Notes: generated by a model from the sequence alone, not told the origin. DNA of 24,011 nt from Octopus sinensis (GCF_006345805.1 NW_021836498.1:1-24011), one strand, 5' to 3'; shown: positions 1-10,426, counted from the first letter of the stretch. A program made the numbers and translations.

Positions 1-140
1 ATACATACAACATACATACATAAATACATACATGCACATATACATACAATAATATATAACATTCACACATGCACGTACATATATTCATACATGCATACAT
101 AAATATATAAAAACACACACACACATGCATATATATATAT

Positions 141-512
141 TCTTTTATTCTTTCAGTCATTTGATTGCTCGGCCATGCTGGAGCACTGCCCTGAAGTGCT
201 CCATTCGAACAAATTGACCATGGGACTCGTTTTTGAAGTCTAGTACCTATTCTATCGGAATTCTTTTGCCAAACCGCTAAGTTATGGGGACGTAAACACC
301 AGCATATGGTGTCAAGCGGGGAGCAAATACTGACACAAAGAAGTACACACTGACAAACAGACAGACACACGCAAACACTCACACACATGCGACGAGCTTC
401 TTTTAGTTTCCGTCTACCAAATCCACTGACAAGATTTTCGCCGGCCTGAGGCTATATTAGCAGACACTTATCCAAGGTGCCACGTAAGAGGACTGATTTT
501 GGAACCATTTGG
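141..512 (-). mobile_element. SINE family A copy (tRNA-headed SINE; 5' head truncated)
   Basis: Collinear with the full copy at 7834-8262 (ttcagtcatttga..ggccatgctggagcac; ccgctaagttatggggacgtaaacacc; agtttccgtctaccaaatccact; ccaaggtgccacg). Confidence 0.85.
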
Positions 513-607
513 TCCAACAATTATAAAAACACAAAGATGAGATGGAAGAACAACAAACAGCGTGCGTGAGTGAGCGTGTATGCGAGCGTGTGTTTGTATA
601 AACTGGG

Positions 608-675
608 ACTCCGTCGGTTACGACGTGGACTGTACCAGTCGATCCGTCCCACAGAACAGGTTTTCGTAGAAATTA
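608..675 (-). mobile_element. Diverged 3' tail fragment of SINE family C (or of its partner LINE)
   Basis: actccgtcggttacgacg (608-625) matches actccgtcggttacaacg (19704-19721). Weaker similarity continues (gatccg..aacag..tcgt.gaaatta). Confidence 0.6.
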
Positions 676-697
676 TGAGAAATCCACACATACACAC

Positions 698-700
<3 letters not shown>

Positions 701-765
<65 letters not shown>

Positions 766-772
766 TATATAT
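701..772. repeat. (TA)n microsatellite
   Basis: Direct reading. Confidence 0.95.
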
Positions 773-839
773 GATGATTCTGATTGATTGATTCTAGTTT
801 CAGCTCATGAGCTGTGGCCATATATTGAATATATATATA

Positions 840-1372
840 TTCAATAAGTATCCGGATTGTTTCCATAGTAGCGAAGCTAAAGCACACAGAGTAAAACCGC
901 AGAACACAGATTGGTCTTGGACGCTGTGTGCATGCGCGTTAAGTTTTAATGTTCTAGCTCAATTCTGCTATGTACTGCAGTGCTTGGTAGGAACGTGTGT
1001 AGCGCGTAATCATCGCATTGACCATGACCGTGAAAGTTGTAATGACGATACCTGCTCAGAGGCCTACGTAGAGTTGCAGAAAGTGTATGGAGAGGAGTGT
1101 ATGAGCCGCGCACAGGTACAGAAGTGGTTCAGACGTTTCCAAGGTGGCCGAAAAACTGTCGATAGTGACGAATGTTCTGGGAGACCCGCAACCAGCAGAA
1201 CTGGCAAAAACATCGCAGATGTGCGTGCAGCCTTGAGGGGAAATTGTCGAATTACTATCTGTGAGTTATCAGAGGATGTACAGATTAGTTACGGTTCAGT
1301 CCAGTCCTTTATCATTGAAGATTTGTGTATGAGGTGTGTGTCTGCCAAGTTTGTGCCAAAACTGCTTTCAGA
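840..1372 (+). mobile_element. Mariner-family DNA transposon, 5' fragment (TIR remnant, leader, N-terminal DNA-binding domain)
   Basis: TIR-like ttcaataagtatccggattg at ~840, followed by a transposase-like frame ending at FVPKLL. Confidence 0.8.
1024..1372 (+). pseudogene. Mariner transposase N-terminal bipartite HTH, frameshifted and truncated before the DDD catalytic domain
   Basis: DTCSEAYVELQKVYGEECMSRAQVQKWFRRFQGGRKTVDSDECSGRPATSRT..ITICELSEDVQISYGSV..LCMRCVSAKFVPKLL contains the mariner hallmarks (W-F-x-R-F, RSGRP-like linker, WVPHEL-equivalent FVPKLL). The ATG at 1024 is in a different frame. Confidence 0.85.
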
Positions 1373-1733
1373 AATAATAGTTAAAACCCTGATTTAGACC
1401 ACCAAAAATTACCCCAACATAACAGATGCAACACTGTACGGGCGAGCGAACCGAAAAAAATTCTGTGATGAATATAATTTTAATTCTATAGTTATATAAC
1501 GCTTATTTAGGCCTGCAACCACCTATATTAATATTGTTGCTATTATGGACTATTTGTATTGACTTCGATAATAATAATAACAATATTAATATCTTTATAA
1601 ATATTCAATTCTGAACATTTTTGCTGCTGTTTAGTACTTTCACACTAAGGCTGTCCACATTTTGGCGCTAAGCAATCAAGAATGCCAGCAGATTACAACA
1701 TAGCGGACTGGGAGGATGTTTCTAAGGGTTTAG

Positions 1734-1784
1734 ATGTGCTGAGGAAGATAAGAACTTTGTGTCAAACCAGAAACTGGTCCACAT
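1734..1784 (+). ncRNA. Candidate minimal type I hammerhead ribozyme (Penelope-like element type)
   Basis: Stem I ATGTG (1734-1738)/CACAT (1780-1784); core CTGAGGA (1739-1745); GAAA (1770-1773); C-TG-GTC giving a minimal stem III with a GUC cleavage triplet. Stem II is weak. Confidence 0.5.
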
Positions 1785-2082
1785 ATATACGTGTTCCATT
1801 AAATATATAGCCTTATACTATAATGGTATGAGAGAGATCTTTTATTGCAGTTCTCTCGCCCGTATACTGTTGTATCTGTTATTTTCAGTGTAAATTTTTG
1901 GTAGTCCAAATGAGGGTTTTACCTCTTATTTCTAGCGGGTAGACACTTCATGTATATATGTATGAACAAGTGTCAGCACATTAGCTAATATGCTGCTTCC
2001 TTTCTCTTCATTTCAACACCATTTGCTTTATGATTGTTATCACCACCACCACTATCTCCACTACCATCAGTATCATTGCCAC

Positions 2083-2403
2083 CAACGATTAGCTGGAGAT
2101 GATTATTTTAATGAGAATATCTGAAATAAACTCAACTGCTCTCACAAGCGAGAATACTAAAAATGAACCCGGCCGCTCTCAAAAAATAAGTATAAAAAAA
2201 AGCGGAAAAACAATCCAGGATCCTTGTCCGGTACCGGATCGATCCCAAAATCTAATCTGTTCGTGCCAGTCACGAGGCTAAACATCCCCGAAAGTTTTAT
2301 CCGAATCTATCCAGCGGTTCTTGAGATATCTTGTCCACGGAAAAACAAACGAACAAGCACGATTGAAAGCAATACCTCCGCCTTCGCTATGGCGGAGGTA
2401 ATA
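2083..2403 (+). mobile_element. Non-autonomous Helentron/HINE-like (DINE-1-like) element, 5' end not identified
   Basis: Perfect 10-bp terminal hairpin TACCTCCGCC-ttcgctat-GGCGGAGGTA (2373-2400), preceded by an aaac/gaac short-repeat tract and a ccggtaccggatcgatcc motif. From recall this architecture matches HINE-type elements. Confidence 0.6.
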
Positions 2404-2544
2404 AAGAATAGATATTTTGTTGTTTTTGTAAAATCTCAGAAAATATCAAAGAGAGGAAAAAAACCCAGATAAAATTAAATAATGCAAAGAGAAAAATAAA
2501 AAAGAAACAAATGACAACATGAAAAACAATACATACACAGACAG

Positions 2545-2756
2545 ACAGGTAGGTAGATAGGTAGGTAGGTAGGATGTATGTAGGTAGTAGGTAGGTATGT
2601 GAGGTAGGTGGTAGGTAGGTAGGTAGGTAGGTAGATAATAATAGATAGATAGATAGATAGATAGATAGAAGATAGATAGATAGTAGATAAGATATAATAA
2701 AGATTGAAGATAAAGATAGATGATAGATAAGATAGATAGATAAAGAAAATAGATAG

Positions 2757-2831
<75 letters not shown>

Positions 2832-2983
2832 AGATAGATAGATAAAGATTCATAGATAGATAAAGATTCATAGATAAAGATAGATGAAGATAAAGATTGA
2901 TAGATAAAGATAGATGAAGATAAAGATAGATAGATAAAGATACATAGATAGATAAAGATAGATGAAGATAAAGATAGATAGAT

Positions 2984-3042
<59 letters not shown>

Positions 3043-3235
3043 AGATTGATAAAGATAGATGGGGATAAAGATAGATACATACATAGATAGATAGATAGAC
3101 AGACGGGCAGATGGATAGCTAGACAAAGACAGAGGAAAATAGATACACAGATAGATAGACAGACATATAGATACATACATACATACATGCATACATACAT
3201 ACATACACAAACACAAACACAAACAGACACACATA
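2545..3235. repeat. Compound tetranucleotide microsatellite (GGTA)n/(GATA)n/(GATAAA)n/(TACA)n
   Basis: Direct reading. Confidence 0.95.
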
Positions 3236-3639
3236 CGCTCGCACGTTTAAGGAAATTATGAAGATGTTTGTCAATGAGAAGTGAAGTAGGAGTTAATTTG
3301 TGAAGATTTACTGTCAAAGAATGGCTGAAGAGTTTGGTGAAAGAAATTCTTGTTAATGTCAAAGAGAGTCTTAGAGAACATCTCCAAGAATGATACCTGA
3401 TTTCTGTCGGTGCGATGGGGTGATGGAGGCGATGGGTGTTGTTGCACCACATAAAACTGACTGACATAAAACAAGAGTTTACGAGACTTTGAGAAAGTAC
3501 ACTCAACAGAGATAACATATCTAGGAAGGTTTTCGTTTTTTGTGTTTGTTTTATTGTTGTTGTTTAAATATGTTAGACTGTTTTTAGCATTTTTTTGTAA
3601 ATGTTGGCAAGCATACACCCCCGCCCACCCCACAAACAC

Positions 3640-4225
3640 ACACGTGTATATTTATATATGTGCTTGAATCTATATGCGAATATATCATGAGTGTGTATGT
3701 ATATATATATGTACTTGAATGTTTATTCATATATATATATATGTGTGTGTGTGTGTATATATATAAATATATATATATATACATGCATACATCAATATAT
3801 AATACATACATACATATATATATATATATAATATATCTATATATATATATATATATACATATATATACGCCACCACATACAAACATTTATATGTATATTA
3901 ACATATATTTATATATGAAGATATGTATATTCGTATACACGCGTGTGAGTGTGTGTGTCTGTCTGTCTGAGTGAGTTTGTGTGGTGTGTGTGTGTGTGTA
4001 TTATAAACACAACTATGTGTATATTTATGTGTATATACATACATATTACGTGTTTCATCGTTACAATGTTTGAAATGGTTTTCTGCGTTAATGACCTTTC
4101 AGTAACCGAACGCTGGAACAAAAACAACTAATTACAAATACAAGCACACACACACATATATACTATATATATATATATATTATATATATATATATATATA
4201 GGGAGAGAGAGAGAGAGAGTGAGAG
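3640..4225. repeat. Interrupted (TA)n/(TG)n/(GA)n microsatellite field
   Basis: Direct reading. Confidence 0.85.
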
Positions 4226-4287
4226 AGAGAAAACTTATGCATACGTGTGTAAATGTACTAATGATTAAAAATGTGTGCAAAGTTATC

Positions 4288-4288
<1 letters not shown>

Positions 4289-4321
<33 letters not shown>

Positions 4322-4332
4322 TAATAATAATA
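4289..4332. repeat. (TAA)n microsatellite
   Basis: Direct reading. Confidence 0.95.
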
Positions 4333-4564
4333 AAGGGGCCAGAAGTATTTGCGCCTGGAGAAATAAAGGGTGGCTACATGTATAAGATGCCACCGTTAAT
4401 TAATGCAATACCGAATGGCTGTTCTAGTCCAGTTCTTCAGATACGTCATTGCACATGGATTGTGTTACTACAACGTTCCTCGGTCGCCATTCTAAGTGTG
4501 TGTGTGTGTGTTGTGTGTGTATGCCGTGTGTATGCGTGTGTGTACTTATATCTGTAAGTGCACA

Positions 4565-4893
<329 letters not shown>

Positions 4894-5371
4894 TTGTATG
4901 AATCTGTTGCTACCTTTCTTTGTTGGGTCTTTTGCCATACTTAGTAACTCTTTCACTTTGTCGCACCTTCTCAATTTCTCCACCTTCCAATTACCCATCA
5001 TCATTTAACTACCCTTTTCATGCACTCCTTTTCACTCACTCTACTCGTCCCCCCTGCTATCTCTCTTTTCTTATGTCTCCTTTACGCTATTACACCATCC
5101 CTTATACTTATAACTTCATCTCTATCTCTCATGTTATCTTTGTCACCCCACCTCTCTCTCTCCCACACAAACACAAACCCTTTTTTTGCACTCTCTTTCA
5201 CTCCATTCCTTTGATGATGCTAATCGAAAATACCTAAAATTCTATACTTAAATGTATTCTTGAATTAACAGTTTGAACTGATTTTAGCAAAAGACTAAGA
5301 ATTTTGAAGAGAGGGAATCTCTAGTCTAGGATATCAACCCTAATTCTTAACCAATTCTTTATTTTTACAAT

Positions 5372-5481
5372 AAGGGCGAAAGGTAAAGTTTACCTCGGCT
5401 TGATTAGAACTCGAGACGAAAAGATCCAGAAAAAAATGCCGCTAAACAGTTTATTCGTCTTGTGATTCTGCTAAGGCACCG
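5372..5481 (-). mobile_element. Old SINE family B fragment (head)
   Basis: gaaaggtaaagtttacctcggc..gaactc..gccgctaa..gattctgc aligns to the family B copy at 10133-10364. Confidence 0.55.
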
Positions 5482-5496
5482 TTTTTCTGCCAAATG

Positions 5497-5696
5497 TTTC
5501 TAAAATTTGGTACAAGGCCCGGAGTTTTAGGGGAAGATAATATTCATTTACATCGATTCAAAATCACAACTGGTGCATGCGTTCGTCGACCCAAAAAGGA
5601 TGAATGGCAAATTCGACCCATGTGAGAATTGAACTCAAAACGAATAGAGTAGGCAGGCGCACTGCTAAACAATTTGTCCTACCTGGTAACGATTCT
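5497..5696 (-). mobile_element. Old SINE family B copy, alternative tail type (B2)
   Basis: ggtacaaggcc..tacatcga..actggt..tcgacccaaaaaggatgaatggcaaattcgacc..tgaactca..gctaa..aacgattct. Confidence 0.65.
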
Positions 5697-5698
5697 TA

Positions 5699-5913
5699 AT
5701 TCTTTATTGCCCACAAGGGACTAAACATAGAGGGGACAAACAAGGACAGACAAAGGGATTAAGTCGATTACATCGGTCCCAGTGCGTAACTGGTACTTAA
5801 TTTATCGACCCCGAAAGGATGAAAGGCAAAGTTGACCTCGGCGGAATTTGAACTCAGAACGTAACGGCAAACGAAATACCGCCTGAGCGTGCTACTCCCA
5901 GCTCGCCGCCTTA
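5699..5913 (-). mobile_element. SINE family B copy (tail type B1), small deletions in head
   Basis: Near-identical to 10133-10364 and to the reverse complement of 23241-23455. Confidence 0.9.
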
Positions 5914-6920
5914 CGCACACAAATATATAATTATTATGATCTTTCAGCTTCCGGATATTTTTCCCTGGCTTCCTGCAATTTTTATAAATATTTAACCTTA
6001 TCTATGTATCTATATATATCTATGGTATATTTATATATCTTTATTCTCTCGTCAACATTTTGTATAAATATGATATGAATTGGTTTGACACTTTGCGACT
6101 GCTATTTATATTTTCCTCCATTAGATATATGTGTACACACAGACAAGCTGTTTATGATGTCTTTGTTCGTATGATAAAAGATATGCATAAATTAAATAAA
6201 TCAGCAGTTCAATAATGTTCAATATATTGATTAAATAAAAAAATTTACTACAGGTTTCTAAATATATTTTGATAATCTGTTTCTGATTAGATCAAAATAA
6301 TCGAAGCAAAACCTATTACTCGTTACACCGTGTCACATTGAAAGTCAACGATAATTTCGTTAAGAGTACAAGCAATTTCGGAATACTCAGCCGCTAATCT
6401 TTCATTCAGTGGGCTGATAATTCAGTTGATCAAACAACTGAATCCTCCTCGATAAACGACGAAGAACCTTCAGTCCGTCTATACTAGGTAAACGTCGGTT
6501 TCTTGAAAGTCTATTTAAATCCGGTTTTATGGCCCAAAGCCCGAGACGTGATACTTTCAAATTGGTCCCGCCTAGTGTGTATATATGTATGCATGTGTAT
6601 CTGTGATGTATGTGTATGTATGTGTGTGAGTGCAATGATAAAGATATTTATATACTATTCATCGTTAAGGACCGACACGTATACACACTCTCACACTCAT
6701 ACGGTGTTTTTGTGAAGCTGAAAACAATTTAAACGTGAATAGATTCAATTAAATACATCGCCCCTCCTAACTACAACAATGTGTAAGCTGTGTGTGTTTA
6801 ATTAGCTATAACACTCGTACAAAGATACACACAGACACACTCAAACACACGCACATGTGTGTTTAATATATCTTTATACTTGTATAGAGTGTATAGTATT
6901 CACACACACATGTATATATA

Positions 6921-6962
<42 letters not shown>

Positions 6963-7318
6963 TATATATATGTGTGTGTGTGTAGAAATATGTGTGTGGT
7001 TGCGTGCATATTCATATAAATTTATACACATACAGGCACACACACACACACATATATATGTATGTATGTATGTATTATGTATGTATGTATGTGTGTATGT
7101 GTATACGTACATACTTTCTCAATGTGTCTGTACGTACGCGCGTGTAGTATGTACGCATTTACGTATATTATAAAGCACCATACATAGAAGCATAAGGTAA
7201 AATTACAGGTGCACTTATTTAATGAACACATAGATAGTCTCATTGTTAATTGATCGATGTGGTTCTCTTCCCAGAAAGAGGCCGAAACCCCTGGTTCAAG
7301 GACCGTATATAACAATCT

Positions 7319-7678
7319 GTGGCATCAGTGAACGCTTAAGGAGCTTTCCTTCACAATCACGAGGTCACATTTTGATCCCACTGTTTATCATCTTGAGTAA
7401 ATGTCCTACACTATCCTTGAGTCGATTCGAGTATCGCGAGTTAAAAAATGGACAAATGGAAACAGTGAGAAAGCCCGCCGTTTGGATTGTACGGGTAATT
7501 CAAATATCCAGCTTTGTCACACACTGTATCATGCTGATCCTACCCGAGAATTATGCTAGGGGTACGTACGTGACGTTGGAATGTTCAGCATTTCAGCGAC
7601 ATTCAGGTAAATTCCATGAGCAGACAAATGAGTAAGTTGGTCAACAAGCAATATACTCATCATCAACAACGACGAAGA
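7319..7678 (+). mobile_element. Chimeric SINE: family A head/core fused to family C 3' domain and tail
   Basis: 7319-7480 aligns to the SINE A 5' half; 7489-7678 aligns to the SINE C 3' half. Confidence 0.7.
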
Positions 7679-7711
7679 TCCATATATTTCCTTCTTTTCT
7701 TGGCAATAATT

Positions 7712-7762
<51 letters not shown>

Positions 7763-7833
7763 TATTATATATATGTATGTATATATATATATATAAGACC
7801 CATATGCGTAATTTTACCTGATATATTTTCTTA

Positions 7834-8262
7834 TACTCTTTACTCTTTACTCTTTTACTTGTTTCAGTCATTTGACTGTGGTCATGCTGGAGCACCGCCT
7901 TTAGTCGAGCAAATCAACCCCAGGACGTATTCTTTGTAAGCCTAGTACTTATTCTATCGGTCTCTTTTGCCGAACCGCTAAGTTACGGGGGCGTAAACAC
8001 ACCAGCATAGGTTGTCAAGCGGTATTGGGGGGACAAACACAGACACAAAAACACACACACATATTCACACACACACACACATACACACATATATATATAT
8101 ATATGCGACGGTCTTTCAGTTTCCGTCTATCCACTCACAAGGATTTGGTCGGCCCGAGGCTAGAGTAGAAGGCACTTGCCCAAGGTGCCACGCAGTGGGA
8201 CTGAACCCGGAACCATGTGGTTGGTAAGCAAGCTACTTACCACACTGCCACTCCTACGCCTA
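7834..8262 (-). mobile_element. SINE family A, full-length copy
   Basis: Minus strand begins taggcgtaggagtggcagtgtggtaag (Pol III A-box-like) and ggttcagtccc (B-box-like). It carries an internal CA/TA tract and ends in hairpin cagtc-aaat-gactg plus an (AAAGAGT)n tail. Confidence 0.9.
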
Positions 8263-9058
8263 AAGGACATTTTGTGTTTCCATTAATTAATTAAACGTTT
8301 CGAACGCTTCTATGCCTGCTATGCTAATCAGACCATAGGATAATTTATTATTTTTGTTTATCCGAGTTTGTACATGCTATAAATAGAGATAAGCTACTAC
8401 ATTCTTGTCGATCAGGAAAAAAACTAGAAAGCGATGTCTGAGGAAGCTGTAAAAAGGTCCGAAACTAACCAGGTCGATCTCCCCCCGTTTTTTTTTGCAG
8501 CCGAAGATGAGGGGAAAAAGTAAACATGTTGCTTAACACAGTGATTCTCATAATCACAGATGGGAGGACGTGTAATAAGTGCGACCACGACCACCACTGC
8601 CAAAATATATTAATAAACGCTTTGTCACCCAACAAACACTACTTTAATAATGAGAAAAGAAAATAGAATTTGCCGTCATGTATTTTTTGTACATCATCAT
8701 GGCTGCTGGGCAAAACACTTAAAATCATTTTAATTAATACATAAGCACATTTTCCATCCAGCGCTCTTTACTGTGCTTGCAGGCGCACACCCCATGAGGT
8801 AGAGTTACTCTCCTTAGAATAATACTGGTTTGCCCCTAGTTTCCATTAAAATATGTAGATACTAAGTATCTACCTATATAGATAAGTAGATAATAAATAT
8901 TTATATTTTGTAGTAAAAATAAGGGGGGGGGGGTTCGCAAAGCATATCACCGTAGGTTTACCCTGTCTCCATTCCCTTCTCTCTCTCCCTCTCTTTCTGT
9001 TACTGTTATGTGTGTGTGTGCGCACATGTTTGCATATACATCTGTTTATATACATATA

Positions 9059-9157
9059 TACGACGGGCTTCTTTCAGTTTCCGTCTACCAAATCCACTCA
9101 CAAGGCTTTGGTCGGCCCGAGGCTATAGTAGAAGACAATTGCCCAAGGTGCCACGCA
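9059..9157 (-). mobile_element. SINE family A internal fragment
   Basis: cgacgggcttctttcagtttccgtctaccaaatccactcacaaggctttggtcggcccgaggctatagtagaagac..gcccaaggtgccacgca. Confidence 0.85.
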
Positions 9158-9206
9158 ATTTATTTATATGTGCTTATACGTAACGTATGTATAGAAGTAT
9201 ATATAT

Positions 9207-9278
9207 ACCGGAGTAAGAACATATATATACGAAACAAGGAGGAAAAATAGTACTCGAATACCAGAGGTAGAGTAATGA
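9207..9278. repeat. Dispersed repeat fragment shared with 17298-17337 (possibly Penelope-like pLTR)
   Basis: accggagta..gaaacaagga/tggaaaaa occurs at both loci with similar spacing. Confidence 0.45.
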
Positions 9279-9282
9279 AGTG

Positions 9283-9326
<44 letters not shown>

Positions 9327-9433
9327 ATCGTACATAGACACTCATAGACTGTGTATTCTTCTATGTACGTATCCCTTTATCAATGTCACTACCTATCTAT
9401 CTAACCATTTTATTCACACACACGCACACACAC

Positions 9434-9483
9434 ACACACATAAACACACATAAACACACGTGAACACACGTGAACACACGTGA
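9434..9483. repeat. 10-bp minisatellite (ACACACATAA)2(ACACACGTGA)3 inside a (CA)n tract
   Basis: Direct reading. Confidence 0.9.
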
Positions 9484-10090
9484 ACACACACACACACACA
9501 CATACACACACACATACTATAGTAACAATTTGAAAACAACAATAATACGCCAGACAACATTCTTTGCTGTTGTGTTATGTTGCAAGCTCGGATTGACACA
9601 TTCCTGTAATATATCTTGTACGAACGACCTACGTACCTCCGACCCACCACTAACCAACTTCTTTCCCCCCCCCCCACTCACTCTACCTTTCACACACCAC
9701 TGCATACATTCCTATACCCATCACCACTACCTGGGCCGTCACCACCACCACCACCGCCGCTGCCACCACCGCCATTATTACTTGTTCACTTGTAAGCTCT
9801 GTCACAATGTGGCAAACGGCTGCCTCTTACCTCTGGACATAGGTAGGCGCTGACTGACTGACAGTAAAGCTACATGGAACCCACCCGAAACTACTTCGGT
9901 TCGTGTTTGTGTGAGTGTATATATATGTGAAAAATCTTGAAAAATGATACATACATATGCATATGATATATATGTGAATATATGTGTGTGTGTGTGTGTA
10001 AATATATATATATATATATATGCATGTATTTATTACGTATTTATGTATATATACATACGCACATGTACATACATGTATATTATATGTATA

Positions 10091-10132
<42 letters not shown>

Positions 10133-10135
<3 letters not shown>

Positions 10136-10361
10136 TCTTTATTGCCCACAAGGGGCTAAACATAGAGGGGACAAACAAGGACAGACAAACGGATTACGTC
10201 GATTACATCGGCCCCAGTGCGTAACTGGTACTTAATTTATCGACTCCGGAAGGATGAAAGGCAAAGTCGACCTCGGCGGAATTTGAACTCAGAACGTACG
10301 GCAGACGAAATACCACTAAGCATTTCGCCCGGCGTGCTAACATTTATGCCAGCTCACCGCC

Positions 10362-10364
<3 letters not shown>
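10133..10364 (-). mobile_element. SINE family B, full-length copy (tail type B1)
   Basis: Minus strand: aaggcggtgagctggc head, gagttcaaattcc B-box, central gtcgactttgcctttcatcc..gtcgataaattaagtaccag domain, tail ending gggcaataaagaaa. Confidence 0.9.

Positions 10365-10426
<62 letters not shown>

Noticed and set aside
807-1023. N-terminal third of the 196-aa ORF
   Set aside because: It derives from a TA tract and the mariner TIR/leader, not from coding sequence.
1649-1810. Protein-like frame GCPHFGAKQSRMPADYNIADWEDVSKGLDVLRK.. after an AG acceptor
   Set aside because: No recognisable homology, a weak donor, and it overlaps the hammerhead-like motif, which better explains the sequence. Not fully excluded.
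3318-3390. CTGAAGA..GAAA motif and a short helical-looking frame (FTVKEWLKSLVKEILVNVKESLREHLQE)
   Set aside because: No stems for a ribozyme; the frame is short, stop-bounded and lacks convincing splice sites.
9797-9842. Possible 46-nt exon (..QCGKRLPLTSGH.. zinc-finger-like)
   Set aside because: The C2H2 spacing is incomplete and splice signals on both strands are ambiguous.
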